From assembly GCF_009914755.1 (NCBI RefSeq), contig NC_060940.1: a stretch of DNA of 64,000 nucleotides; one strand, 5' to 3'. The translations under genes were made by a program, and so were the position numbers. The stretch's first letter is position 1; the number at the start of each line of letters is the position of its first letter. This document shows positions 25,827-41,103 of this stretch, piece after piece. Below the pieces are notes generated by a model, which saw only the letters and a program-made list of their open reading frames with translations, had not been told where the DNA came from and did not search any database. This stretch comes from the human T2T-CHM13v2.0 reference genome, Homo sapiens.

Positions 25827-26332
25827 TTGTATTAGTCATCCACTGCTGCATAACAAACTACCCCCAATTCAGCAGCTGCCGCCTCAACACTTACCCTCCC
25901 CATGGTTCCTGGGGCCCAGAGTCTGACAGCCACCCAGTACGATGGTGCGGGCCTTGTGGTCCTGCAGTCACAGCGTCCGTGGGGCTGCCATCATTCGCAG
26001 GCCCACCCAGGGCCGGAAGGTCCACTTCTACGTTTGCACCTGGAGAGTGTGTGCTGGCTGCTGGTGGGAGGCCATGGGCATCTGCCATGCGGGCTTCTAC
26101 ATGGGCTGCCTGTGTGTCCTCACAGCATGGCAACCAGCTCCCCAGGGACCAGTGATCCCAGCAGAGCAAGGCAGGCCTGCGTGTCTTTTGACTTCATCTT
26201 GGCAGCTGCACGCTAGTGTGCCCACAACCCTCTACTCATTAGAAGCATGTCCCTGAGTCCAGCCCACACTCAAGAAGGGAGCTTTTGAGGGAGGAGTGTC
26301 AGAGTTTGGGGGTGTATTTTAAAACCACCACA
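25827..26332 (-). mobile_element. MLT1F-like MaLR solo LTR
   Basis: tgtattagtcatccactgctgcataacaaactacccc...ccagcccacactcaag...ttttaaaaccaccaca. Confidence 0.75.
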
Positions 26333-26684
26333 CCCATCACAGCTACAGAAATCTCATTTGCTCATTCAAAAACTGTCTCCTGAGTACCTGCTGTGTGCCC
26401 AACCCTGGGGCTGAGGACAGAGCCCTTTCCTGCCATCATGGAGCCTGCATTGCACGGGGTGAGATGCGTGACAGAAGGACGTATCCCACATCACGTGCAC
26501 TGAAGACAAAGCTGTGAAAGGATGGAGTGTGGGGAGGGGCTTCTGTCTCAGATGTGGAGGTCAGGGACGTCCTCCCCAGCGGGGGACTTTGGAGCAGGGG
26601 CCTGAGGGACGTGGGAAGCCCGGCAGACCCCTCATTACATGTGTTAAAGCCTCCTCCGGTGGGGGGCTGGGCAGAGGCTATGGC

Positions 26685-26872
26685 AGTTGTCCAAACTTCC
26701 TGCAATGGCAGAACATTCTAGATCTGCACTGTCCAGTAAGGTGGCCATGAGTCACACGTGACTGTCGAGCTCTGGAAATGCAGCTGGTGCCGCTAAGGAG
26801 CTGAATTTTAAATTGTATTTAATTCTTGTCACTTTAAATGTAAATGTCTACCCATGGCTAGCAGTGACAGGG
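26685..26872. mobile_element. MER3-like hAT-Charlie relic
   Basis: 'tctgcactgtccagtaaggtggccatgagtcacacgtgactg...gaattttaaattgtatttaatt'. Confidence 0.7.
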
Positions 26873-29514
26873 CAGGCCCACCTGGCCTTGGCGAAGCAGG
26901 TGAGTGCTGGAGTGTGTACTTTGAGGCTGACGGGTTTCTTGATGGATGGGTGGCGAGCAGAGTGGGTTTTTAGCTGGCCAGGCCTTGGAGTTGTGAAACC
27001 TGGACTTTGTTTCGTGGTGGTTCTGTGGTCTTGGACAGAGCTCGCAACCTCACCAACTCCCTGTTTATTAAAAAGAGAGCGATGGCTCTGCTGGTCACGC
27101 CGGGACGTTGCAAGGCACAAATGCAGCAGACGTGAGCCTGTGTGTGGCTCACATTGGGTCAGCGTTAGCCCCGCAAGCCACCCGAGGCGAGGGCCCCTGG
27201 CAACTCCAGGGCGGCTGCTTGACAAGACGCTGCTGCCGCCTCATGTTCTCTGTTAGCTGGCTTGGGGTCTTCTGGGCTCTGCAGGCCGTGTTTGAGGTGG
27301 GTTGTGACCCAGTGCTCCAGTCTGACCCTCGACCCTCCCCCAAATCCCACCAGGGTTCCCATTCCACCGTGACCTGGCAGGAGATGTCAGACCGCAGCTG
27401 AGGGCCCTGCTGGTTTCCTACGAGGAGGCTGCAGATGGGAATGAGGACCTCACCGTCAAGGGCATGGGCACCGCCCGCCTGGCAGATGACACATTTGTGA
27501 GTGGGTCCCCAGAGGTCTGCCCTGGCACCCGACAACCCCAGGAGGCAGGAACAGGTTAGAGCCAACTGTGGAGCTCATCAGAGAGGTGACTTTCAGTACC
27601 AAAAGGGTGTTTTCCAAGGGAAATCCTGCCACACAGGGCAAATGAGAGCAGGTCAGGGCTCACCAGTCACTGCAGAATCCGCCGGACCACATGTCCCTGG
27701 TCTTCAGGGGTGGGAGCAGCCAGCGGGAAGGAATCCACCTGCCCCCATGGCCTGTGGATCTGAGGACTCCGCTCCCACCTCCTGTGCCAACCATTGTTTG
27801 ATGAAGGCGCCCTTGCTCCCAGCCCGCTCTCCTCTGACATTCTTTGGTGAACATCCCATCTCCTTTTCTCCAGAACCAGCCGGCTCAGACCACCCACATA
27901 TTTTACAGTTACTGGGCTTCTATGTTCCACAGAGGGTGCTTGGCTGTGGGGACTGGGGAGGGGACAGAGCCTCAGGCCAGGTGCAGGGAGGACGGTGCTG
28001 GCCATAGGGCTGGGGCAGCCTCAGGTCACACCACCATTCCAGCACTCTCTGTGTGGCTCCAGGGACTCAGCGTCCCCACCTGGGAGTCAGGATGGGGGCT
28101 CAGGCAGAGGCGCTGGTTTGTTGTCCCACAGATCAAGCCTCTCTGAGTCCTCGGCTGTGTTGGTGGAGACTCCAAAGGTGAGGCCGGACTGCATGTCCCA
28201 TGACCCTTCTCCACCAGGCAGGGCCGAGGACCCCGCAGCAAGGGCCCTTCATGCCGGGCTCACCACCCTGTTCCCTCCATGACCTCGCCAAATGCCTCCC
28301 GCTCCCACCCCCGGCTTTGGGACGGTCAAACAGGCGAGGGCTGGGGGTCGTGCCCCGGGGGGAGGATGACAGGCGACGGGAGGAGTGCCCAGCACGGCCG
28401 AAGAGAACACGGCAGTGGGGTGTGTGTCAGCAGCAGTGGCACCACCAAACCCCGGCAGGCTTCACGCAGAAGGCGGCATTTGGGGAGAAGTTAAAGGCTG
28501 AGCAGGAGCCAGCAGGTGAAGTGGGAAACGGAGAAAGGGCTAGCCTGTGCCCAGCTCTCCCTGTCAGCCCAAGACGAGGGACATCTTTTGTGTCTGGGCA
28601 CTGCCTGGGTTGCTTGGACAGAAGCCTCAGAGCTGGAAGGAGCTGAGAAACCACACGCTCCAATGCTCACGCCCCATAGGGGACCGAGGAACCGCAGAAG
28701 GGACCGCACCTGCCCCGTGGCCAGCAACAGAAGGCCGGCAGGGAGCGAATGCACTCCAGCCCCTACGGTCTCTCCGCTCTCCCAGCTGAGCTGTCTTCCC
28801 CGGAGGCCGGTCTGCAACCAGAGAAGGCGCCACGCCATCGGCCCTCACCCTGCTCCGCCTAAGCTGCTGCTTTTCCTCTGCAAATGCCCTGGGCTGGACG
28901 TCAAACTACAGTCAGGTAGGGGCGGCCCAGACCAGGGACCAGCAGCTGGTTCCCTCTGCCTGGTCTCACTTCTAAAGCCACTGGAAGAGGAAACACATAA
29001 AATGTGACTTTGCAGAGGAATTCCAATAAACAAGATGTGTTTCCAAGTCTTCTGAGGCTGCTGAGACTGAGTAGCTGCATGTGAGCAGCCACAGCTCCTC
29101 TGTTGTCCTCCTGCAAAGGGGTCCCCGCCCTCCCACTCAGGTCGCGTTCCTCCGGCCGCCCCCGGCTGCTCCCGCCACAGGAGACTGGACGGTGGGCTCT
29201 GGCCCTGGGGACCTCCGGCCCTGCCTGCAGCAGGCCCCACTGTGTGTGGGCGAGAGGGCCGGGCCAGCTGACTCCCGTCTTTCTTTGGGACCACGTCATC
29301 AAGCGGGCTGGAGCCAGAGGCTGGGCCCCTCTGTGCCCCGGGGATCCTCACCCCGCAGGTCCCCAGTGCTGTCCTTGTCACCACTGAGCGACAGTTTCTC
29401 CCCACCCCGTGCTTCAGTTTACCTGTCCGGACCAGGGGTGGCAACCTCTTTTCCAGAACGGGGCAGAAGGTGAATGCAGTTCACTGTAGTTCTCTGCATT
29501 GTGTCTTCTTTTTA

Positions 29515-29877
<363 letters not shown>

Positions 29878-31729
29878 TCAATGTGGAGGCTGGGCACAGA
29901 CAGCTGTGGCTGCCGGCAGTCCTGCAGCCCTGGAGTGGACTGTGGGGTGAGGCCGCACCTGCCCAGGGGTCTCCGGGTGTCCCTGCAACTCCATCTTGAG
30001 CAGGTCCTTACATGCCAGTGCCTGGCATTGCTCGTGTTGGCCTGTGGTTTACAGATGAGGAAACTGAGGCTGGGAAGGACCAGAAGTTCCCTAAGGCGCC
30101 GGCTGCTGGCAGGGGTGGGGGAGCTCTGAACCCTATCATTTGTGTGCTCAACTGTGATTCGATAACCCACAGGTGGTGGGGGCCGTGGTGTCTCTTGATG
30201 GCCTGGGGCTCCCATGCGGGCCCACCCTGCTGGGTCCAGGGTGTCCTCCTGTTCCTCCTCCCTTTTTTCCTGGAGGAGACTCCTCCACTAACTCGGAGGT
30301 TCTAGTGACTTCCTGCCGTGCTCCCCCCAGGAGTAGCCATGTTTCCACAGCCACCCCACGGGCAGTGGCCAGAGTGGCTGGAATGCCAGGTTCAGCGTCT
30401 GTGGTGTGAGGCATGGACACGGCACCTGCGAATCCACGTTGGCTGTCATCACTATTAACCAGTTATAACAAGGATCACACACCTTGTTCCCCACACCAGT
30501 CATGTGGTGGCTGCACTGTGAGGCAGACACCAACCGTGCATTTTCCACGTACAGAAGTGGCTGAACACAGCCCAGGAGCTTGCCCAAAGCTGCAGGAGGC
30601 CGCTTTGGCTCGGGCTCAGGACCGGGGGCTGCTTAGAGTGAGGCTCTGGCTGTCCTGCCTGCCTGTGGGTCCTAAAGTCCTCTCATTGCCATTCCAGGTG
30701 CCCCCGTGGATAAGCTGCACCCACCTGTCCCCAGGAGCACAGCCAGCACCTCTCAGGTGCGCCCCTGAGGTGTCTGCGGCACCTGTCTCTTATCCATCAT
30801 CATTCTCCCAGGCAGACCCAGGGCGGGGCAGGTGCTGGCTCTGGCACCGCAGGAACCACATCTGGTCCAGGGCATCTCAGAACCTGAGGCTCTGGGGTGT
30901 AGAATGGACTCTGAGTTTCTGGAAGAGACCTTAGGAAACGTTGTGTCTGCATTTCCAGGTGGCCGGATGGTGGTGGGGGCGCCTCACTCCTCACCGTGTG
31001 CTGCATCCTCAGCCTCTGCCTGCATCTCTCGAGTCTGCTCTGGGTCAGCACTGGGGGTGAGGAGGTGATGAGGGGCAGCGGCAGGGGCCGGGGGTCAAGA
31101 GCACCAGAAGGGAGGCCAGGTCAGGTCCCTGCAGCCCAGGTGAGATGAGGGCCTCGTGGTGGTCTTGAGGGCTGGAGGTGAGGGAAGGGCCCTGAGCCGG
31201 GTGCCGCAGCCGATGCCCTGTCCTTTGCCGTGACAGTCTCTGTGCAGTGCAGGCAGCCCCCACCGAATCCAGGTACAGTGCTCAGTCACAACCGTAGGGA
31301 GAGTGGTCAAATCGGAGCGGGGGCGGGGGCCGTGAGTCAGGCTGAAAAGAAGAAGCTCAGAGCAGGAAGGGCAGAAGGGCCGGGAAGGGCAGGTCTGAAG
31401 CTCGGAGTGGGAAGGGCAGAGGTGGTGAAGGGCGAGTCCGGAGCATCCTCGAGTTGCCCAGGTGCTCGGAGAGTGAGGAACCCCCCAGGGAGGGAGGAGC
31501 CCCCAACCCACAGGGCTGCAGCCTTGGACATGGCCAAGACCCGCGTCTAGGAAGAATGGGGTCCTCAGAGCTCAGGTGGGTTACTCATCCGCCCGCTCTG
31601 TGCCCAGGGCTCTCCCCCACCACCGTCAGCGAGTCCGCACACAGGTGCCCGGGGTTGTCACCTGAGGGCGGCGCCTGCCTCCTCTCCTGCTCCCACAGCA
31701 GCCCAGGGAGCAGGGCCCCGTGTGAGCTC

Positions 31730-32195
31730 CCGGAGCTGCGGCATCAAAACACCACAAATGACGGTGGGGGCGGGGACGGGGCGGGGGTGGAGGCAGGAGC
31801 TGGGGGCCAAAGCCGTGGAATTCACTCCCTCTCAGCCTGGAGACCAAAATCCAGGTGTCTCAGGGCCATGCTGCCTGGGGGGTCTCCCGGGGATCCTTCC
31901 TGCCTCTTCCAGCTCCTGGTGGCTCCAGGCGTCCTTGGCTTGTGGCCATGCCACTCCAGTCCCACCTCATCCTCACATGGCCTCTGCTCTGTGTCTGTCC
32001 CTGTGTGTGTGTGTGTGTGTGTGTGTGTATCTCTGTGTCTCTCGCTTTATAAAGACACTGGTCATTGGATTTAGGGCCCACCCTACTCCAGCGCAACCTC
32101 ATCTTGACTAATTACATCTGCAAAGAGCCCATTTCCAACAAAGCGACACTCACACGGGTCGGGGGTAGGACTTGGACACAACTCAACCCATAGCA
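31730..32195 (-). mobile_element. MLT1 (B/C-like) solo LTR containing a (TG)n microsatellite at ~32002-32028
   Basis: 'ccttcctgcctcttccagctcctggtggctcc...gacactggtcattggatttagggcccaccct...aattacatctgcaaaga'. Confidence 0.8.
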
Positions 32196-32239
32196 AGTGT
32201 GGGTTTTGAAATAGAATCTTAAAGAAGTCCCTCATAAGC

Positions 32240-32612
32240 CCCAGAGAGCAGCTGGAGGTGCCCCATGAACCCCACAGAGTGGCCAGAGGTGTCTCATAAC
32301 CCCATAGAGCAGTGGGAGGTGCCCCGTAACCCCATAGAGCAGCGGGAGGCGCCCCGTAACCCCATAGAGCAGCCGGAGGTGCCCCGTAACCCCACAGAGC
32401 AGCCGGAGGCGCCCCGTAACCCCATAGAGCAGCCGGAGGCGCCCCGTAACCCCACAGAGCAGCCGGAGGCGCCCTGTAACCTCATAGAGAAGCGGGAGGC
32501 GCCCCGTAACCCCATAGAGCAGCGGGAGGCGCACCATAACCCCATAGAGCAGCCGGAGGTGCCCCGTAACCTCATAGAGCAGCTGGAGATGCCCCATAAG
32601 CCACATAGAGCT
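32240..32612. repeat. 30-bp VNTR (cccatagagcagccggaggcgccccgtaac), ~12 copies
   Basis: Exact 30-nt periodicity is visible. Confidence 0.95.
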
Positions 32613-35075
32613 GCTAGGGTACCCCAGGCCTTGTCTGTTTTTCTGGGCATCCTGGGAACTGGGCAGAGTGGGATTGTGACACCCGTGGACCAGGAGAGAT
32701 TCTGGGAAGCCCCTGCCATTCTGTTTCCCACTTCTTTCAGGCCACTTGGCCAGCACCGCTAGGCCCTCCTCGTCCCTCTTCGTGGAAAACCGTGCAGAGG
32801 GAGGCAGGTAGAGGAGAGAAAAGATGTCTGACTTCAAGCTTCTAAAGGATTTTCTCCGACAGGAGGAAGAGATACTTTTCAAAATGGTTGTGAGCCGCCT
32901 TGGCCAGAATGCAGGAGGACCCGGTTAAGAGGAAATCAGGCACAAGGCGCCCACACAGCCAGGGTGGGAGGTCATTCCAGGATGGTCACAGCCGTCTCCG
33001 CTGTGGTCTCAAATGACTTTGCTTGGCCTTCTGGAATCTAAAGGGTCCTGGAGTGGGGCATTCACTGGATTTGCTGCCGAGAAGTCTGCAGCTTTTCACT
33101 GTCACTCTTGAGACCTGGATCCTTCAGACGTGGAAAAGGGGGTGATTGCTCTGAAAGTTCCAGTTTGGGTGCTAGCGACCGGCCTCCAGGCATCTAGGAA
33201 GTCGGACAGCACAGTGCTGGGGACCTTCCATAGAAACCCAAGTGTGCGCCAGCTGCAGGATTTATAATGTAAAAATCAGTGCTCGCGTTAAGGGGCAGCG
33301 CCGAGGGAGCAGAGCCTGCGTCCATCGCCATTGTGTTCCAGGCCTCCTTCTGTGAGGTGCCCCTACCAGCAGCTTGCATTCCCTGTACCCCAATATTTCA
33401 CTGCAGATGTTACTGGAAGCCCTCTGCCACAGGAATCCTCAGGAGCTGATTATTTTAGGAAAGTAAATGGAGAATGAGGAAAATAATATCCGAATACATG
33501 ACCTCAATCCGCAACGGAGATGTTTCCCGGCAGAACATTGGCTTCGTAGAACCACCTGATTATGTCCCGGCTTCCTCGAAGGGTTTTTTAGGAGCCTCCT
33601 GAGGCACAGCAGGGCTTCGAGGAGGCTCCTAAAGGGTACAGGAGCACTTTGCAGGGCCGTACCCAGAAATCCCATTCTAGGCAGGGTTCCCCATTTGGGC
33701 TGTGTTTTGAGAAGGCGTTTTTAAGGATTCTAATCCTGTATTCAAACATCATTAAGAGCCTAACATCAACCTCATAGTTTTTTCCTGAACATTCAGCTTA
33801 AGGGGCTGAGCTCCAGCGTGGCAATCCTGAAAGTGGAATGAACAGTTTCGGGGTGATGCTAGAATTCTCTATAAAAACACACACAAGCAAAGAGAGGGCC
33901 TGGGGCTCGTCCGGCGGTAACAGCAGCACAGTACAAGGCACGGATGCGGAACCGGCTCCCAAACCCCGCGCCTCACTGTCCCTGGTGTAGTGACGAGGTG
34001 TCAGAGACGCGCGATCATTTCAGACGTTTTCTATGGGGAGGAAGCTGGGTTTTCTGAGCAGTCATGGGGGGTGAGTGATGTGTGTGAGGACTCGCACAGG
34101 CCAGAAAAAATGATGGCTTTAACACGGATCTGGAAAGAAATTCTGAAAACCAAAGAAAGTCGGCAATGAGGCCAGCCTGGGAAATGTTCCGAGAGGGTGT
34201 GGAGAACTGGGGAGCAGTGGAGGGTTTCAGAGGAAGGGGGGGGCCCAGCCCATGACAGGCCTGAAGAAGGACCCTGAGCCCCCACCCCGGGTGGCACAGG
34301 GGCGCCCAGGCCTGCAGCCCCCAGGGAGAGACGCCGTTCCTGGTGAGGGAGGGGGGAGCTGTGCTGACCCCCCGTGTTTTCCATGATCTCTCACTCCATG
34401 CTGGGCAGAGGCTTTAGGAAAAGCTGAGCTGTGCCCAGAGACGGCACCCAGGAGTCCAGCCGGGATAGGACTTGTTTTTCTTCAACAGCAGCGCCGGAGG
34501 TGGAAGGGCCAGGACTTCACTTGCCGTGGTCCCGGCCCCTCTCCTGGGGCCCATCCTGGGTCTTGGCCTGGGCTCAGGGCCCACTGGCTGGACAGACTGG
34601 AGACCCGAACTGAGTGCAGGAGGCTGTGGGTCTGGGCGCCTCCCTTGGGACTTCCATTCATTGCATTGATTTATTTTCACCGCAGATACCTCAGGTGTAC
34701 TTCCTAAGAGCAAGCAGAGGCCCTTTCATAACCGCAGCTCAGTTTCGGAAATGGGAAAACTTCCATGATCGCAATCCTGTTACCAGATCCACGGACCTTG
34801 TTCAAAGGCTGCCGATTAACACAATCGTGTTCTTTATGACAAAAAAACAAACAAACAAACAAAACCCTACACTTGTCTCTGGTCCAGCCCAGCAGCCAGA
34901 GTGGTGCTGGTTTGTCACGACTCGACTCTGGTTCCCTGGAACCCTGCGTCTTTCTTTCTTTTAAAACCTGGATGGCTTTGGAGGGAACAGACCAGTTTGT
35001 AGGTTGCCCCTCTGCCTGGGTCTGGCGGGCGCTTCTTGGTGAGAGATCCCACTTGGTATCTCTGTGGGAACGGAA

Positions 35076-35155
35076 GGGAGGGGAGGCCGCGGGGACGGAG
35101 GGGAGGGGAGGCCGCGGGGACGGAGGGGAGGGGAGGCCGCGGGGACGGAGGGGAG
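35076..35155. repeat. 25-bp G-rich tandem repeat (gggaggggaggccgcggggacggag) x3
   Basis: Three identical copies at 35076, 35101 and 35126. Confidence 0.95.
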
Positions 35156-35254
35156 CTGAGGCTGCGCCTCCTCGTTCCCTGGCTGAGAGGGTAACTCTGA
35201 CCACCTGGGTGCAGTGGAGCCGCCAGCTGTCCCCCCTGTAAAGGGACTGGCGGC

Positions 35255-35685
35255 TCTGGGTGCCTGTGGCTGCTCCAACAACGAACCACAAACCGGGAGC
35301 TTAAAACTTATTCTCTCCATTCGGAGGCCAGAAATTCAAAATCAGCCTCCCCTAGACATAACCAAGGTGTCGACGGGGCCGCCCTGCACCTGGGAGAGTC
35401 TCCCCGGCCCTTCCAGCTTCTGGGGCTGCTGGCTTCCTCGGCTTGTGGCCGCATCGCTCCCGTCCCCACCTTAATGGTTACAGTGCCTCCTCTCCTGTCT
35501 GAAATCTCCCTCTGGCCCTCTTATAAGGATGCACCTGATAGCAGCTGGGGCGCCCTGGATAAGCCACATCACCTCCACATCTCGATCCCATCTGCAAAGT
35601 CCCCTTTCCATATGAAGACGCGGTCACAGGCTCGAGGGTGTGGGGGGTGGATGTGTCTTTGGCGGCCATGATTTAGCCTGCCAGA
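35255..35685 (-). mobile_element. MLT1 (C/D-like) solo LTR
   Basis: 'gcttaaaacttattctctccattcggaggccagaa...ttccagcttctgggg...catctgcaaagtccc...ggccatgatttagcctgcca'. Confidence 0.75.
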
Positions 35686-36185
35686 CTTAATAAGTATTTT
35701 GTGAGCTGCCTTTGGAATGTATAAATGTCCTGTACTTTGTTAAATTTCATGACGACTGAAGAGATTTCCTTTCTCCCCATTTATCTGTGTATTCATTTAT
35801 ATATTTACATTAGTGTGGACTCGTGGCTTTTTAAAGATTTAATGGGTTATAATCCATTGCCATCATCATGTGTTTGATGCCCACATTGTCCCGGGTTTGG
35901 TCGGTGGGAGCCCCTTCAAGCCAATTCCTGTGTCCCCATCATCCTTTAAGTACCTATTTCCTTTGCAGCAGGAAGAGATATCTCAAGCTCATCTGCGCTT
36001 TCCCTGTTGCGTGCTGCAATCTGGCACTTTCCCTGTCACGTGCCGCAATCTGGAACTTTTCCCATGAAGCCTTCTGTTCATGGCAAAAGGTATCCAGAAA
36101 CCAAGACGTGGGTGCTAGTGCGCTCATTACTACTGGGGTGCCTCGGTGTCCAGGGTGTTTCAGTGGCTTCAGTGAAGGAGTGTAA

Positions 36186-36478
36186 GGGGAGGAGAGGAGG
36201 GAGGGAGGGAGGGAGAGAAAGGGAGGGAGGAGAGGTGGGAGGGTGGGAGAGAGAGAGGGAAGAAGGAAGGAGGGAAGGAGGGAGGGAAGGAGAGAGGGAG
36301 GGAGAGAAAGGGAGGCAGGAAGGGAGGGAGGAGAAGTGGGAGGGAGAGAGAAGAAGGAAGAAGAGATGGAGGGAGGGAGGGAAGAAGGGAGGAGGGAAGG
36401 AAGCACGCACAGATAAGACAAGATAGGACAAGAAAAGACACACACATATATCTGCATCTATAATCTGTCCATAGTAAA

Positions 36479-36524
<46 letters not shown>

Positions 36525-36540
36525 CTCTCTCTCTCTCTCT
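36186..36540. repeat. Polypurine (GGGA/GAGA) tract plus compound (GC)n(CA)n(CT)n microsatellite
   Basis: Directly visible at 36186-36402 and 36479-36540. Confidence 0.95.
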
Positions 36541-36839
36541 AACATACATGAGCCACGAGCTCCCACGATGCCTCCAGTTCCAACCTGGAATACCTGCGAC
36601 TCCTTCCCCAGCAGGGCCAGGTCTGCCCTCTACCATTCTCAGGGTATTTGCTTATTTGCTCAGTCCTAGAATAAACAGAAAATAGTTTCAGCATTGCTAA
36701 CCCACCCCACTGTGGAAACCACATCTGTTCACCCCACATATTCTTTGCCTGAAGTACAGCGAGCTTCTTTTGTTTCTATCTGCAATCCAATTAGAGTCAC
36801 CTGCCCCCTCTTTTTTTCCTTTCAAGTATGTAAACTTAA

Positions 36840-37295
<456 letters not shown>

Positions 37296-40277
37296 CCTGT
37301 GTTTCTTTTTACAAAAACTAAGCATTGTTTTATTTCCCCTTTCTTTTACCCAGAAGATGGCATGTTAGAGATAGTCTTTTACATTATTTTCACTTAATAA
37401 CATATCGTGGAAATGACTCCATATGAGTTCATAGAGGACTTCCTTATTCTTTTTTACAGCTGCATAGTACTCCACTGTTTGGGCATACCACAGTTCATTC
37501 AACCTCTCTCCTGTCTGTGGGCATTCCAGTTGTTTCTAATATTTTGCAATTACATGCAATGTTGCAATGAATAAACCTGTGCATCTGTTTTTTTCTAATG
37601 CATTTTCATACTGTTGTAAGAGTATCTTCAGAGTAAATTCTAGTCATGAGATTACTGATGCAAAACTAAACTCTTCCTCCAAGACGGTTTTACCAATTTG
37701 TATTCCCACCAGCAAAGTAAGGAAAGGCCCACTTCCCCAGAGCCTTCTCATGGGAACATGTTCTCAGTGACGCTGCTACATTGTTGCAGTCTGAGAGGTG
37801 AGAAATGAGACCGCAATGTAGCTCTGATTGACATTTCTGTTTTGAGTGATATTGAGCCATTTGTTCATGTGTTTAAGGCCCATTTATAAACATTTTTGGT
37901 AAATTATCTCTTCATGTCTTTTGTTCATTTTCCTATTGGGTCTTTGGTCATTTCTTCCCTCAGTTTTTAATAATGCTTTCTGTATTAGAACTATTTCCCC
38001 TATATTTGATGTATGTTATAAATATTTCTCCTAATTTGTCATTTGTCCTTTGGATTTCTTTGCGGTGTTTTTTAACCATGGAAAAGTGGTTCTGTTTTTA
38101 TATCGTCAAATGCATCCATCTTCTCTAGTGTTGCATTTGGATGTTGAAAAGTGGTTCTGTTTTTATACCGTCAAATATACCCATCTTCTCTTGTGTTGCA
38201 TTTGGATGCTGAAGTTTAAAAAGCTTTTCTGACATTTCCTTCTAGCATTTGTATGGTTTAATTTTTTACATATAGATCTCTAATCCATTTGGAGTTTATT
38301 TTTTATGTATAGTATGAGATATGAATCTAATTCCATCTTTTACTAAACAGCTAACCAGTTGTCCCAGCACCGTTTGTTAAAAAGATCATCTTTGTCCTAG
38401 AGACGTGAACGTCACTTTGACCATCTACGAACTATTCAGAGGTCCTCAGGTCTATTTCCGGGTGTTCTTTTCCACCGTTCTGTTTTGTTGTGTATCGGTC
38501 CCACACTTTTTTCTCTCTAGAAGCTTTTTAGTGTGTTTTAATGCCTGGTAAAGCTGGGCCTCCTCCTCCACCCCCCACCAGCCCCCACTGTGCTAACGTG
38601 TTTATTTTTCATATAGGTTTTCATATCAACTTAGCATCATTGTAAAAAGCTCATTGGTATTGGGCGGGGTTGCCTTAGCAGTAGGAATTAACTTCAGGAG
38701 AACCGATGCCTTCGGCCGTTGAGTGGCCTTGGCCAGGAACAGGAGATGCCTTCTCATTTGTCAGTCTACTTGTATGTGTCTCTCAGGAGTATTTTAATGT
38801 TTTCCTTAAATAGTTTTTCCCCGCATTCTTGATACATTTATCCCTAAATGTTTTTATCTTATTTGGTGCTTTTGTAATGGAGGTTTTCGACCATTAGCTC
38901 TTCCACCTGGTTATTGTTGATGTACACGGAGGGTATTGATTCTCATGTGTTTGTGATCTATTCTGCTGCCTCTATCAGGTTTGGAGATGCAGAATCACTA
39001 GAAGACAGAGGTTAGAAGCCTTAGTACAGGGAGGTGATCGTCTACAACGCAGGCATTAGTTAAATGCCTGGAAGGCCAGTGTCTTCACATCCCATGCTGG
39101 GTCACGGACTCTTCAGGGTGGGTGGTTGTCAGGAGGGAAAGTCGATACAAACTGGGGGTCACATTGTAGGTTTCTTTGAATGTCTAGTGATCTTTTATTG
39201 TATTCCGAACGTTGTTACTGACACATGGTATAGACCCTGGGTCCTGTAACAAAGACTGGGCTCTGTCATGTTTCTCTGATGTGTACTGATTTCTCGGTGT
39301 CTGTTTTAATGGGCAATTCACTTAGCTGAGCAGATATGTGCATACTTCAGGTGTTAGACAAGGATTTGGGCAGAGTTTATATGCAGAACTGTGGGCTCTG
39401 TCTGTTTTTATCTTTTTCTGGATTTTTCCTCCAACCGTCCAGCTGCTGTGATCTCCACAAATTCTGTCCTTTGCTTGTTCAAGCCGGTATGCTTGTGAGT
39501 TTCCTATTAGAATGTTTGCCACCTGTGTGGTGCCAGCTGGGCCCTGCCCTGATGCAAGGGGCATGAAAATGGGAAGTTCACCCAGCACCATTCCCTTCAC
39601 CCATGTGCAGCACCCTCCATTTCATGCTTTTCCATGCTCTCCAATTCCTCCAGATGTTTTAAAAACAATTTGTCCAGTGATTATGGTGGTTATTTGTGGA
39701 ACAGCTGGTCTTGTAGGGATGACTTCTCCATTCCTGCAAGTGGAATTCAGTTGCCTTGCTTTGTTTATTCCTTGATGCTAGGCTAAAATTCTTATATATT
39801 TTGTCCTCTTAAAGTTGCCTGCTATTTTTGTCTGGAGGACCCAAGCATTTTTTTTTCTTCATCTTTGAGGATTTCTTTCTTTATATGTAATGTCTAATAG
39901 TCTCACTGAGCTATGCCTCGGAATCACTTGTTCCAAACGGATTGCCCCAGTCACCTGGTGGATCCTTGCATAGGTCTTCTATCTCAGGTCTTCTATCTCT
40001 GAGAGTTCTCTTGCATTACATTTTTCTTTTCCATGACTTCACTTATACACAGTGTCTCTTCTCCTTTCTTCTGTTTCAACCACTTTATCTTTGACACTCT
40101 TTCTTTTTTACATCATCTCATTTTCATTGCCATGGTTGATTTTCTGCTCTTCTTCAGTGGTATCCCTGAATTTTCATTAACATCTGTTCTCCTTTGGGTA
40201 CCTTTTAATTTAATCTTCATCATTAGTGTGATTTTTGTCATATTCTTCTCTTTCTTTCTTTCCTTCTTTCTTCCCTT

Positions 40278-41103
<826 letters not shown>

